64,000 nucleotides of DNA from Octopus bimaculoides. Its lineage: Eukaryota. The DNA lies in contig NC_068981.1 of the NCBI RefSeq assembly GCF_001194135.2, forward strand, positions 12,232,226 through 12,296,225, read 5' to 3'. This document shows positions 24,429 to 37,479 of this stretch, one piece after another (within the stretch, counting starts at the first letter, position 1; every line of letters begins with the position of its first letter). The translations under genes were made by a program, and so were the position numbers. The notes under the pieces are model-generated. The model ran no database searches. It saw nothing but the letters and a program-made list of their open reading frames with translations, and was not told where the DNA came from.

Positions 24429-25656
24429 CATATATATCGAATTTCATTTTGTTTACGTTTTGTATCGTCCTGTGCTCATATATGCATATATAAACATATT
24501 TATCACAGTATGTAAATATATGTATATATATATGCCTATATATGTATTTTATTTATATTATTATATGATTGAACGCCACGCATCCATTTCAAAGTAAGTT
24601 TATCTTAATAATTTTTATGCGACTCTCTGTACTGTTTTCTCGCTCTCTCTCTCTCTCCCCTTTCATTTTTCTCTTTCCTTTCTCTAATATTTTTTCTCCC
24701 TTTCTCTCCCTTTCGTTTCCCCTCTCATCCTTTCTCTAATTCTTTTTTACTCCCTTCACCGTTTTCTATCTATTGCCCTCTCTCTCCCTCTTTCTCTTCC
24801 TCCTTTACTCTCTTGTTGCTCACACGTGACCATCGTCCATCTTTTTTCGACACGTGTTCATCTTTGTTATTCTTGTCCGTATCCTCTCCTATCTTTTTTT
24901 CTGTGAAATAAAGTTCTTCAGCGTTCGCCACCTTGCCCCGTCTGGCTGATCAGGCCTCATAATTTGTTTCACTGTCCTGTTTTTGTTACCAATTTTGACC
25001 CTCCGCAAAATCCCAAATTTTATTTTGGTTTGCGGGAGCAACTGTTTCCTCACAGGCACATGTTGTCCTGAATTGCTCTAAATGTGGAGAAGATAAACAA
25101 CCAACAACTGATGAAGGGTCGTTCTTTATGTTACTTGTCTTTTATAACATTTATTTGTCTCGTTGTTCGCAAAAAAGCTTTGTCTTCTTCGTATTTCATG
25201 TTTACGTTTTGTGACGTTCTATACCCATATATGCATATAATACATACATACATACATACATACATACATGTACGTACATACTGACATATATATATATATA
25301 TATNNNNNNNNNNNNNNNNNNNNNNNNNNNNNNNNNNNNNNNNNNNNNNNNNNNNNNNNNNNNNNNNNNNNNNNNNNNNNNNNNNNNNNNNNNNNNNNNN
25401 NNNNNNNNNNNNNNNNNNNNNNNNNNNNNNNNNNNNNNNNNNNNNNNNNNNNNNNNNNNNNNNNNNNNNNNNNNNNNNNNNNNNNNNNNNNNNNNNNNNN
25501 NNNNNNNNNNNNNNNNNNNNNNNNNNNNNNNNNNNNNNNNNNNNNNNNNNNNNNNNNNNNNNNNNNNNNNNNNNNNNNNNNNNNNNNNNNNNNNNNNNNN
25601 NNNNNNNNNNNNNNNNNNNNNNNNNNNNNNNTATATATATATATATATATATATAT

Positions 25657-25975
25657 TGTTACGAACGGAACAAGATATATTCAGATAATCTCTTATTCGT
25701 TCGACGCGAATTAGAAAACCGGTCTCTGATTTTGCAAGCGACGACGAATAAAGTAATGTTTTGTGGTCCCGTGACTGTTTAAAGCATAGGCGGTATGATT
25801 TTGGCGCGCTTTTACGGTGTGGGCGAAGTATAAAGACTACTATTGCCCATGTGGCGAGTTAGTCCATACTGGGAGTCACGATTCCATCGTTACAGGATTG
25901 GTTTGCTTTTCTTGTGCACAGCGCGTACGTGATTGTTCTCGTTTATTGTTAAAATTGCTTCGCGTTTTTTAAACA
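25657..25975. mobile_element. Possible solo LTR
   Basis: Starts TGTT, ends AACA, CpG-rich, contains AATAAA; no TSD or PBS visible. Confidence 0.3.
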
Positions 25976-27350
25976 CTTTGTTGCGCTTGTTTTTCTGCCT
26001 TACGGCGGTCTGTTGGCACTATCCCACTTCGAGGAAAGAGGATCACCGAAGTATTAATGATGGAATATGAAAACCTCACCTCCTCGAAGCTTACGCCTTC
26101 TGAGGAGGAGCCGTCGAAATCTGTTGAAATAATGGACGAGCAGTTGTAGAGAAGGAATTTTGCGACAGTCGCCAAAAGCCACAGCAGTGAGGTCGAACTG
26201 GCGGAGTTGAGTAAATATAAGAACATGTGTGTAGGGAGGGATGTGAAGTAAAGGTCTTCCCTCCTCAAGAAATAATGAAAGATACTAAGGAGAAAACAAT
26301 TATATACAGAACATATTCCACGGAAACAAAGAAAATTGTGATAATGACGACCACACTACTAGAAAAGGTCTTGAAACCGATGTAGGAATAAATGTCGTAG
26401 CTCGCCAGAGGAAGGAAGTACGGAAGAATGGAGGTGCATTTCCCAGAGGTAGCTACTGCTAGGTTACACCCGAGAACCTCTTTAAAAACAGAAGAAGTGG
26501 TGCTTCTACCCATATACATTGGGAGACGTGCTTCCAGGGTTAGAATAGAAGATATACCACCAGAGAGTGACGTAGCCTGAACAGTAGATGCCATACTGCT
26601 AAGCAATGAAGATAAGATAGTGTTCCTCCAGGCAACAAGAACAGCTCATAAGAATTGGCAAGGAAAGACCGGGATATGATAATCCAAGTGTCCGCGGAAG
26701 ACATCGAAAAAATAGAAGAAACTATCAGTATAGAAGACGTGATAATTAGGATTAGAGTTGAAGGCAGAACTCCGCGTTGCTACAAGTGTAGCCTAAAAGG
26801 CCACATTGGAGCGGTCTGTCCTCCACCGCCCAAAAAGCTCCAAGAAAAACCTGTAATCAGAGAGGAAGTCGCACCACCAGCGCCATCAAAAGAAAAGTCA
26901 ACTACTATGGAAGAAGAAAGAAACAAAGAAGGGATTGAATGGAAACGGTCGGAAAGAGAAAGGAGGAAAAAGTGAACGTAGACGCCTATCCAAGACCACC
27001 CCTCCCCCACCTACACCTACTTTGCCCCACCCTCCCCTACAAACACTAAACCTCTCCACTCCCCTCCGACACAAAGAAAATCGCAGATATACAAGAGCCC
27101 CAAATACCCCCTCCGACCTGTGATAAATGAAAATATGTAGTAATATACGACGATTCAAATGTGGAACTCTGCGAAGAGATAGCCACTTGGGAAGACGAAA
27201 TAGCTGAATACGGCAACTTATACTGGGACACCATAGCGCTATAATTCTGCGCTGGCAACCCAGGATCAAACGCCAAAAACAGTGAATTACAATGAAGACT
27301 TTGAATACTGGGAGAAAACAAGGAACACCAGTCAGGTACCAAAGTTAATA
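25976..27350 (+). mobile_element. L1/Tx1-like ORF1 (gag-like, CCHC knuckle) pseudogene
   Basis: RVEGRTPRCYKCSLKGHIGAVC = C-X2-C-X4-H-X4-C; upstream RRM-like VRIEDIPPE segment; stops and frameshifts; no ORF2 seen. Confidence 0.65.
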
Positions 27351-27559
27351 AGCTATCTTGACCTCCGAGAGTATTAAAAAATTGACATTCTACAGCCAGA
27401 TACTGTTGGATCGAAATAAGGTCGTATAAACTGTATAAATGAAGTCACTCGGCGGGGCCGAAAAGCTTCATTTTACCTTTGCATTTTGAAATTCATCTCA
27501 TTTTTTTTTCATTCGTTTTATGTCCCTACATGTTTTGTGTTGTCCCCTCTATATTTACC

Positions 27560-27900
27560 CCGTGTGAGAAATGAAGAATTAAGTCCATTCTTGGAGCCGA
27601 CGTACTATGTTGACGTGTGAGGCGTATGTTTAGGAGCCTGTAGGAAATTGATGTGATGGAAGTCGACGTGAGTGGTCTATGTGAGAAAATGATTGAAAGT
27701 TGGTACCATGCAGTCGATGCGAATTAGTCGGTGTGTGAAATGGTGCTTGGCAGATTCGTGGCGATCAATTGATACTGTAATTAGTGTCAGAAGAGGGATA
27801 TTTATTGCGATGGTGAATGTCAGTAAATAATGTAAATAGTGGCGTATTGTAAAGTGGAAGGCATTTGGACTTGCTGTGAAAATAGTCAGTGGGAACTTGG
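27560..27900 (-). mobile_element. CR1/Jockey-like LINE 3' remnant
   Basis: Degenerate AWYQL..IF...TSI.S...RL C-terminal pattern. Confidence 0.35.
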
Positions 27901-29461
27901 CAACGTAAAGAATACAGAATGGTTATTGGACTAACGCGAATTCGGAATTAACAATAGAGTCCAGTCGAAAAATAATAATAAAATAGAGACAGAAATTAAA
28001 TCATTAATCTGGTGATTACAAAGAGAGCTCACCATAAGAATCTAGACATTTCAAATGTAAATGATAGAACTCTCTAAAAACTCCGTAAAGAACGGTTTAT
28101 TTATTTCATTAATGTTTTTGGCCTCTTAATTAAAGTTCTTGTATTTTGATTAAACTCAACCATTTTGTTTGTTCTTTTCAACTCTTATAATTTCTTTGAC
28201 TACTGCTTCCGTTCTAAGCAAGGTGGTTTTTGCTGAGCTCACCAACGCGGTCTTCAGTGACTTCGGACAGAGACTTTTGCGTTCTATGTGGCTTTGGGAG
28301 GCTGAGTGCGATACGTAACGATATGTATTATTTATATATAGACACATGCACATACATACATGCATACACACACATGCACATATATACGTGCAAATGTGCA
28401 TACCTACATACATATTTACATACATGCCCACATATATGCATATTTCTTTCTTAGAAAATCAGAGAACGATTTTCAAAGTATTGTGACAATTCACAAAGAT
28501 TTAATGTAATGAATCAATATAGCTTCTTTCATACGTAGATTTCCAGTGTTCCTCTCCGAGGACAGTATTGTGGCCTCTATCTCTTTGGTAGTATTGCGCA
28601 TCTGGTCAGGTGCTTCCAGAAAGAAAGAAGACACGCTGGTAGTGGCCAAACCGTGCTACCGATGCAACAGTTGTTGCATCAGGAGCATCATGTCTGGTAT
28701 ACTACGAAAGTAAGTATATGTTAGAGTTGCGAATATGGTAGTTCGGCAGTGTAGCGCAGTTGTTCTGTTCTGATCATTTTCTTGATAGGTGTATACGTAG
28801 GGGTGGCCCTGAAGGGGCTAGTAAGATGTCGAGTCCTTCCCTTCGGATAACCATTTAAATGGTGGAGGTAGGTTTTCTTATTGAAGTGAAGTGGGGAATC
28901 TTCAAGGACCAGGTCTTAAATCCCTCATGCAATGTTTAACTGTCCTGCTTAGGGAATTTGTAAAGTACGTTGGTACATTTAGGAACTGAGCAGCCTGTGG
29001 GTCTCGACTGGTCTTGTCACTGCAGCATTTCTGTATCCGGGCGAGCTTGTTACGTACGTATTTCTTCTTACCGTTGATAGGGAGAGCCGACTTGTAATGG
29101 ATAAAGAGGTCCCAACGAGATGATTAGCCGAAAGTCAAGCAAGAAGAAGGAAGCATCATTGTATGAGTATAATTGCTTAACAAATAGTGACATGCTGAAA
29201 TGTTTTACGTTCAGTTCTTTGAATAAATCTATTTAATATGTCTTATATTACTGTGAAAATTTGGTAAGCAGTTTCTGGCGTAAACTTGGTAGGAAGTGAG
29301 GTGATCGTCTGCTCTCATAACTTGATATACATTCTGCCTCTGTTGAATTGAGCGTATTGCTTCTTCCACCCTGGTTAACGCAAAACGGAACACCTTGCTA
29401 GTTCTCAATATACGCAAAACTAGAAATTTATAGAAATTTATAGAGGATTAGTGGCAGGGAG

Positions 29462-29715
29462 GTGAAGCGACGTTTTTGGGAGACTCTGGGCGCCGACGAG
29501 AATAAATTGGCTAGCCTGTTCTGGAGGACTTTCCAGTCGGGAAATATCATAGGTAATTTCCAGATGTCCTTGGCCTGGCATTGCTACCGGGGGGTGCTAC
29601 CGGTTCGAGACAAGCTCTACAGGCACGGATGCGATGTCAGACGGACTTGTCCAAGGTGCGCACAGAGTGACGAAGCCATTCTGCACGCCCTGAGACATTC
29701 GATTATCCAGGTGTG
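29462..29715 (+). mobile_element. L1/Tx1 ORF2 zf-RVT fragment
   Basis: LAWHCYRGVLPVRDKL....TCPRCAQSDEAILHAL. Confidence 0.75.
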
Positions 29716-30600
29716 TGGGACCATATAGGATTTCCTATAATCTATCCATGCTATTGTTAGATTTGTCTTTTTAGATTTTACTTCATTTAGAACTACCTTG
29801 TCTATATATAATAGATCATGCGTTCCTATAGCCTTCTGCCTGCAACGTTTCTGTTCTCCTGATAGTAACTTCTGATTGTCAAGGCGCTCGTAAATACTTT
29901 CTAAATGTTAATCAAGTGATTGGTCTATTGTTGCTAGCTCTTATCCTTCATAATGTGTATAGACCTCCCTCTAGTCATCTAATCTGGTATTATTCCTGCA
30001 TTAAAGCAATCCTGAATTTGTTCCCTCAGCCTCGCATGTAAACTACTGAATTATTTTTTTAGCCAGTACCCTTGAAATCTGATCCTGAGCCCTTCCAAAT
30101 CGGCATTTTCTTAACACTCTACTCATTAATGCACTAGATAATCTTAGATCTGGTTGATTCTCACTCACGTCTTTAACCTTACTGTATCTCCATCATGATT
30201 TACTGGTTTATCCCAAATATTACTTCAAACCATTCTAGCTTCCTCTGCATTAGGTTTCTCATCTTCAGTACTTCGTTCACCACTATGTTTTTGGTTATAA
30301 AATTTCCTCTATCTCAAGTAATCTATTCTGTTGATACTGATCTATTCTTTTCTGTTATCTGGAATCTGGAGAGCTACTGCTATGATACGCTGTTTCAACT
30401 CTTCTATTACTGTTCTAATTACTTTCTGTTTGACTAAATATCTTTTACTCCAGGGAAGATTTGCATCTTGTGTCTCCTAACTTGTTCAGTTCCAGGTTAC
30501 TATTCTTCTCAGGTCTTTTCTTAAAATCTTCACTTTATTTTGCAGTCCGGTTTTCGCATTTGCTCTTTTTTGATCTTATTTTTCTTTCCCTGTGATGGAA
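29715..30600 (-). mobile_element. R4/Dong LINE, N-terminal RT region
   Basis: NIWDKPVNH, MTRGRSIHIMKD, NRPITC, EQKRCRQKAIGTHDLLYID, NLTIAWIDYRKS. Confidence 0.8.
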
Positions 30601-31475
30601 TCAAACATTCAGTAATACAGGAAAGCGTCAGAAGAGAATGTTATCGCAGGGAAAGGGCAATACTCAAGACAGATCCGAATGCAAGAAACAGGATCGTAGC
30701 CATCAATACTTTAACCAAACCGCGCGTGATTTACAGTTTCAATATAATTAACTGGTCAAGTACTGAAATATGTAATCTTCAGAGAAAAATACGAAACTTT
30801 GTTGACAATGCATAGAATTCACCACCCTGAAGCAGATATAGAACGGCTTTATCTGTTAAGAAGATAGGGTGGCAGTGGACTTTTACAACTGGAATTAATA
30901 ATGAAGATTGAGATAGTTGGCGTAAACACCATACGAAAACTCTGATTACTGGATAAAAATCTTGTCTTAAAGCATGAAAACAAGAAAGCATCATACTCAT
31001 TAACAAAACAGGGAAAGATATATATAAGTGAATTCCAAATACAACAAATCCCAGAATTAGACGTGCTGGAAACAAGCACAGAAAAAGCTACGCGTATGAA
31101 AACCCGTACTAAGACTGCTGCCTTAAATATTCTTACTGATAAATGGCAAAAGAATCCCCTCAGTGGCAAATACCCAAAGAAAGTTAATAATGCCTATGTT
31201 TGCAAAGCCCTTACCCATGAGTGGTTAGTGTCTTCTGGCTGAAAATCAGAAACTGAAAGATTTATCATAGCAACCCAAGATCAATACTTATCTACAAGAA
31301 ACTACCAGGCCAACATATTAAAAAACAGCTGTAAAACAACATGTCGTGTATGTCAACAACAAAATGAATCTATCGATCATGTTGTCTCCATGTTCAGTCC
31401 TCTTGCGCCTGCAGAGTATCTCAACAGGGAGGATAGAGCAGGACAGTATATTCACTGGGTAATTATCAAAAATTG
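30600..31475 (+). mobile_element. R4/Dong LINE, post-RT region to CCHC finger
   Basis: NARNRIVAIN, HHPEADIERLY..R*GGSGL, SETERFIIATQDQ, CRVCQQQNESIDHVVS. Confidence 0.85.
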
Positions 31476-31499
31476 AACAAATTGTCGTAATGCTACTCT

Positions 31500-31930
31500 A
31501 AAAGGTAATCAGAACCAAGAGAATTTCAACGTTGAACTGCTAAGATATCCATCCACAAATCGGAATAGAACTCGACATGTACAATAGAGATGGAGAATTA
31601 CGCAGGGTAAAGAAGCAATGATACACTGTTCACAGTACTAAACCGATCTCTGAACAACGTTACTAAGCAGACATATAGAGAACATAAAATATGCATGGGG
31701 AAAATACGAGGCCAAATATGAAATCCAACAAACACGGTGCACTCCAAAGATCCACAGATTCACACAAGTCCGACAAGAGAAAATAATTACTGACATCAGT
31801 CAATGTTGCCGAACAAGAGGCAAATTCACCCATAACACAAGCCAAACGGAGATTGCACCACAAAATATAATATCCACTGAAAAGAGCATTGTGATAATAA
31901 GGAAGGCTAAACGTGTTCAAAATTATGGTA
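31500..31930 (+). mobile_element. HERO/NeSL-like RLE LINE fragment (tentative)
   Basis: HSKDPQI and QAKRRLHHK resemble DSxDPxV and AExRLRHxDI motifs. Confidence 0.35.
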
Positions 31931-32439
31931 ACTCAACTTGCTTTGATAATCAGAGAGAAGAAATTGCAGAAACGAAATAGGATATTGTTAGAGAAATAAG
32001 TAAAATTTTACACAGGGAAATGAAAAAAATAGAGACTAACCTCTAAGTTCTACAACATTAAGAAACACTCTCACAAAATAAGGCATGCAACTCAGTAATC
32101 AAAGAATCACAGATGGAAAATTATAAGGCACTTACAACTATAAATAGCATATTCTTCTCAACAGAAAAAAAGCTCTAGACGCGCAAATCGGTTTAAAAAT
32201 TAATTCAAGGAAAATATACTAAATAATTAATCACTGAGTATTTAAGGTGTACACGATGAAATAGAATGTCAAAGAGTAGAACTCTCAGTTGTTGAAAAAT
32301 GATCAAATCTGAATGGTAAGGCAAGAAATGCAGGGAACTGAAAAGGAAATATTAAATTTCTAATCGGGATGCTCTCCTTATCATCGAGGCAGACTAGCAG
32401 CGGCGAAGCGAATTCAAATGACATCACATGTTAAAAGAT

Positions 32440-33100
32440 AACAGAAATAAGTATTAGAAAGAAACATGTTCTACTTCTGCAGAGAATTAGAGAAACAACA
32501 AGTAAATGTAAAGAAACTACTAAACATAGAATAATCAGAGAAATCCAGGAAGTGTATTTGGAGACAACAAATGAAGACATCAAGGAAGTATTCTGAATCA
32601 ACTGAGGATATGAAAGACTGAAGCCAGTTGAACAACAAGGATTGGAAACCACTAAGACTATCAAACTTTAAGCTGACTCTCAATAAAGGAGTCCTATACA
32701 GAAAAGAACAACTATCAAATTACTAGTTACAAGCGTTCCGGGGAAGCATAAGTCGGTTATAGAGCATACTATTATCGTTATTAAACAACTTAATAAAGCT
32801 CTAAAATGCTCGATTAAAGGTATCGTTAATCTCGTTCCCATACAAAATGGAAGTAAAACCCAATGAACTGTAGTCACATGAACCAATTTCTCGAAGAAAA
32901 GACGATCTTAACACGAGGAAAAATGTGATAAAAGAAAACAATCTGTTTGTAGAGATCACTTACTTATTAATAAAATGCGGCTTGAAAACTGTCTCAAAAA
33001 AGAATAAGAATTTGAGCACAGGAGGGCTTAACAACCAGATAGCATTTTACAGTGTAAATCATGGATGGATAGTGAAAGCTCTAGACATATGCAAAATCAC
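32440..33100 (+). mobile_element. R4/Dong LINE RT fragment
   Basis: FCRELEKQQV, KKNKNLSTG, AFYSVNHGWIVKALDICKI. Confidence 0.75.
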
Positions 33101-33366
33101 GACTCCAAGAATTAACAACCACACTCATCAATAGGAATTACCGACAACCGTTAATCGACAATACAATCTAACGAGGTCATTCACTGGCTTTCAATGAGCA
33201 CCGACTTCCGAACGGTGCTGGGTCTACTAGTCCCTGAGTAAAAAGTTTATGTGCAAGGGAGGTAAGTAATTTTGGACGTCGTGCAATTAGTGTAGATAAA
33301 ATATTGTAATATGAATAGTATATGGGATGCATGGAAGTTTGTGGTGTTATTGGTAGGATTACTAGT
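33098..33366. repeat. Inverted copy of 34660-34929 (Penelope RT-thumb/3' UTR junction)
   Basis: About 88% identical by hand count; reads RLQELTTTLINRNYRQPLIDNTI*. Confidence 0.85.
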
Positions 33367-33370
33367 AATA

Positions 33371-33493
33371 GAAATAATTATTACAGAGAAACATGTTCTC
33401 TTTCTGCAGAGAATTAGGAAAACAACAAGTAGATGTAAAGAAACTACTAAACATAGAATAATCAGAGAAATCCTGAAAGTGTATTTGGAGACA
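33371..33493 (+). repeat. Direct copy of 32444-32566 (R4 fragment)
   Basis: 10 mismatches in about 123 bp, no indels. Confidence 0.9.
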
Positions 33494-34539
33494 CCTCAGA
33501 TTTTTCACCGATTTCATATGACATAGTAGTTGACATGGCTTTTACTTAACCCCAGCAATGGAGTCATCAAATCTAGCACAATAAAAATAAACTGAAATTT
33601 TCGATTATAACAGCGTCTTATCTCTCTTGTTCTGTATTGAAATGTTTAATCATTTCAAATGAAGTAAACAACTCGAAGTATGGATATACACGTTACTATT
33701 AAAGCATTCAGTAGTGTGTTGGACAACTCTATGAAAGATTAAAGGTTTTATAATCAGAATGACCTGTAATTAAAAACACTTATATCAATGACAAAGCTTA
33801 TCAGTAATGGTATGGCTAATTACCTGTTCGTAATAAATGTGCAAAAACATTTTTGAGAGGGGAAATCTAATAACATCGTGCATTCATTTTGATCTCAATT
33901 TCACATCGTGATTTACACGCGAAAACACACGCCCCCCCCCCCAGTACACACAAACGTGGTGGATTGTGCATACTTACCAGTGATTAACTATAACAAGAAA
34001 TGTCATGGGAAACCTCAATTACAATAGGTGCTTCAAAGTATTCTATCTATATTATACAAGTGATGTTGGTGTCAAGTTTCAGAAAATTACTCAAAGCCAC
34101 TTAGCCAGACATACGTCACTTGAACAATTGTAATTTCAAATTATACCAACAATTAGACAGAAACTTTTGGCAGTACAATAACTGATTTGTTCAAAATTAC
34201 GGTGATGAAAAAGAAGAAAATCTGCCAATAGTATTTCAATAATTGTAAGATAAGCTTCTCCAAGAAATACCAGAAAAACCTCCGATACCCAGGTATAGTA
34301 CGGTCGAAAGCTACAGCATTCTGGAGGTGAACAATAGTGTTCTTCTACATTGTACTTTTAAATGAACTCTGTATTCATGATAGCAACAACTTTGTAGAAG
34401 TTCTTCAGAATGTAACTCTATTTATATAAATGTAACTTTTATGCAAACACACACACACACACACACACACATTATATATATATATATATATATACATACA
34501 CACACACATATATTTATTTTTCTGGCATTATATGTATAT

Positions 34540-35170
34540 AATCCTAACTTCCTAATGTTCCACTTCTATCAATGTTCACAAAGCTCCTCAGTACAGCAAA
34601 GAATGAATAAAGTGGAAACTTTCATCAACAAATATCATCCACAACTCATAATACAGAACACTACTAATCCTTCCAATAATACCACTAACTTCCATACATG
34701 CTATACACTATTCATATTACAATATTATACCTGCCCTAATTGCACTACGTCCCGAACTACTTACCTCCCTTGCACATAAACTTTTTTTCTCAGGAACTAG
34801 TTGACCCGATACCGTTTGGAAATCGGTGCTCATTCAAAGCCAGTGAATGACCTCGTTAGATCGTATTGTCGATTAAGGGTTGTCGATAATTCCTATTGAT
34901 GAGTGTGGTTTTTAATTCCCGGAGTCGTGTGTAACGCGTGTTTGTGTCTGATACTATTGTGCACATTCTTTTGGCTAAACAGAAGGGGATATTCATCCTG
35001 GTGTGTCTCGGGTGGAAAGAATGAAATGGCAGCTACTATTTCGTGTGTTTGTAATAGATATATGTATCTATTTTGTTCCCGCTTTTTTTTTTAATTAGGA
35101 TATCTAAAAATAGTAGTTGTGTCTGGTTGTAATCTATCTTAAATTGGAGGTTTTCATTTATTCCATTTAG
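34540..35170. mobile_element. Penelope pieces joined tail-to-tail: GIY-YIG end plus 3' UTR on plus, RT motifs on minus
   Basis: Plus: FYQCSQ...R...ETFINKYHPQL. Minus: LNGINENLQF...FLDILI...IYYK, LPFHSFHPRH..NIPFCLAKRMCTIVSD. Confidence 0.8.
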
Positions 35171-36312
35171 NNNNNNNNNNNNNNNNNNNNNNNNNNNNNN
35201 NNNNNNNNNNNNNNNNNNNNNNNNNNNNNNNNNNNNNNNNNNNNNNNNNNNNNNNNNNNNNNNNNNNNNNNNNNNNNNNNNNNNNNNNNNNNNNNNNNNN
35301 NNNNNNNNNNNNNNNNNNNNNNNNNNNNNNNNNNNNNNNNNNNNNNNNNNNNNNNNNNNNNNNNNNNNNNNNNNNNNNNNNNNNNNNNNNNNNNNNNNNN
35401 NNNNNNNNNNNNNNNNNNNNNNNNNNNNNNNNNNNNNNNNNNNNNNNNNNNNNNNNNNNNNNNNNNNNNNNNNNNNNNNNNNNNNNNNNNNNNNNNNNNN
35501 NNNNNNNNNNNNNNNNNNNNNNNNNNNNNNNNNNNNNNNNNNNNNNNNNNNNNNNNNNNNNNNNNNNNNNNNNNNNNNNNNNNNNNNNNNNNNNNNNNNN
35601 NNNNNNNNNNNNTATATATATATATATATGCAACAGGATATCAACTAGTTATGTAGTGCGACTGTTTCAAGCGCCTCAATTTAATTGAAGAGTTCAATCA
35701 AATCATTGTATCAGTTTCCCCATCTTGCCTCTAATGAATTTTCCCTGTATTAGCATCTTACATTTCTTAGCATCTTAAGTTTCTATATTCTAAGTCTACT
35801 CCTAGCTTGCCTCCTGTTTATAGACCGTTACTTATATCCAGCGGACTACTCCTAATGTCTTATTTCCTATCCCTTTGGGGAAAAGGATTACCTATGATAA
35901 TATTTACGACCATAACTAGCCATCAGCTGTCAACTCACTCTTGTTCTTTATTCAAAATAGACAGCCTTCTAGTCTCAGATAATTTGATAATGATAAACAG
36001 ATAAATAAATTGGAAATGAATTACAAGACTTAAAACACTATGCCCCGTTATGGTCCATGGGATTCTAAAAAATTGTAGTCTACTCTTAGCCACTTGCTAC
36101 AATAGCGACAACATGAATAACTTCCATCTTCTTACTCTGTTCAAATATTCAAGAAAAATAATACTAATGTATCCTACTTGTCAAACAATTTCTTACTGCT
36201 TGATATCTTGTGGTTATTTTGCTTTAATTCACCTTACTTTGAGCCGCGCTGATAATACCGACTGACTTGTTTATTCAATTTAAATACCTAATTCAACTGA
36301 ATCTTAAGTATT

Positions 36313-36346
<34 letters not shown>

Positions 36347-36459
36347 TATATACATACACACAGCGTGCGATGGACAGTTTGTTGCCATTTTATGTTTTTA
36401 ATTTCACGCATACGCATTTGTGGGCGGATTTTGTCGACTACGCAATATTGTTGGGTCTG

Positions 36460-37010
36460 TTGGGCACTGTCTGTGAGAAAAACAGCACCATGACGCAATT
36501 CACTCTGCCAGAAATTTGAATGGATTTGCTGTAGGGCTTGACATTCGCGTCAGATGCTCCAATACGAACATTTCAGAGTGTCCGGTTGTCGACCTAAGGA
36601 CAGTGCAAAGGATTCGGAAACTGTGGGATGGATCTAATTGCGATTACGAAGGTACGGCAGCTCAGATTCTTTTAATGAGAAAAGATCTCCTGAATTTCTT
36701 GGTGAGATCCCTGCCATATTTGACAACGATCGTTGTAATTGAATCAGATTCATCGCTAGGGATATGGGAATGTCTGAATTAGATATCAGGCACGTAGCGC
36801 ATGAAGATATTCGATATTTCTCATACAAGATGAGAAAGGACCAATCTATATCCCAAGCCATCACGGAGAAAAGAATAACCACGCTACGAAGATTTTGAAC
36901 CAACTCAAGCATACTCGCCAACCGAAAAACTTTGTTTTTGCTCAGACGTGAAAAAGTTCTGCCAAGATCAGATGATGATCACACAGAACAACAGATGGCT
37001 TGCTGTGCCT
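36460..37010 (+). mobile_element. DD37D transposon 5' half
   Basis: Same family as 9710-10870; runs from the HTH region to FCQDQM...NNRWLAV. Confidence 0.8.
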
Positions 37011-37141
37011 TGTACTTGTCCAAGTTTAGAATTGTAAGAATATCATTACCCTTGGTCGCATTTTTCCATATGATGTGATATAATATATAATATATGATAT
37101 CATATGATATACATACATGCATACATACATACATACATACA

Positions 37142-37173
<32 letters not shown>

Positions 37174-37413
37174 GTCAATTCCACAACTACACAATTCAAT
37201 AAACAAATAAAGAAATGAAGACAAAGAAAAAAGAATTGAAAAAAAAGACACAACAACAAATTTGAAGTGGGGGCACAAGAATTATATTAGTTTGGCATCC
37301 TGTCGAAGGAGAGAGCTTTTAATGTTCCGAGCATGGGTCTTCTTTGGAAAGGAGAAAAGGAAAAGTCCAGAGAAAGGAAGAGGAAAATCTCCGACGGCCT
37401 ACGTGTGGCTACA

Positions 37414-37472
<59 letters not shown>

Positions 37473-37479
37473 TTGACAC

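Noticed and set aside
26655-26975. Host CCHC zinc-knuckle protein
   Set aside because: Embedded in a stop-ridden ORF1-like frame without splice signals
28540-29420. GC-elevated segment with faint LINE-like translation on minus
   Set aside because: No diagnostic motif could be fixed; left unannotated
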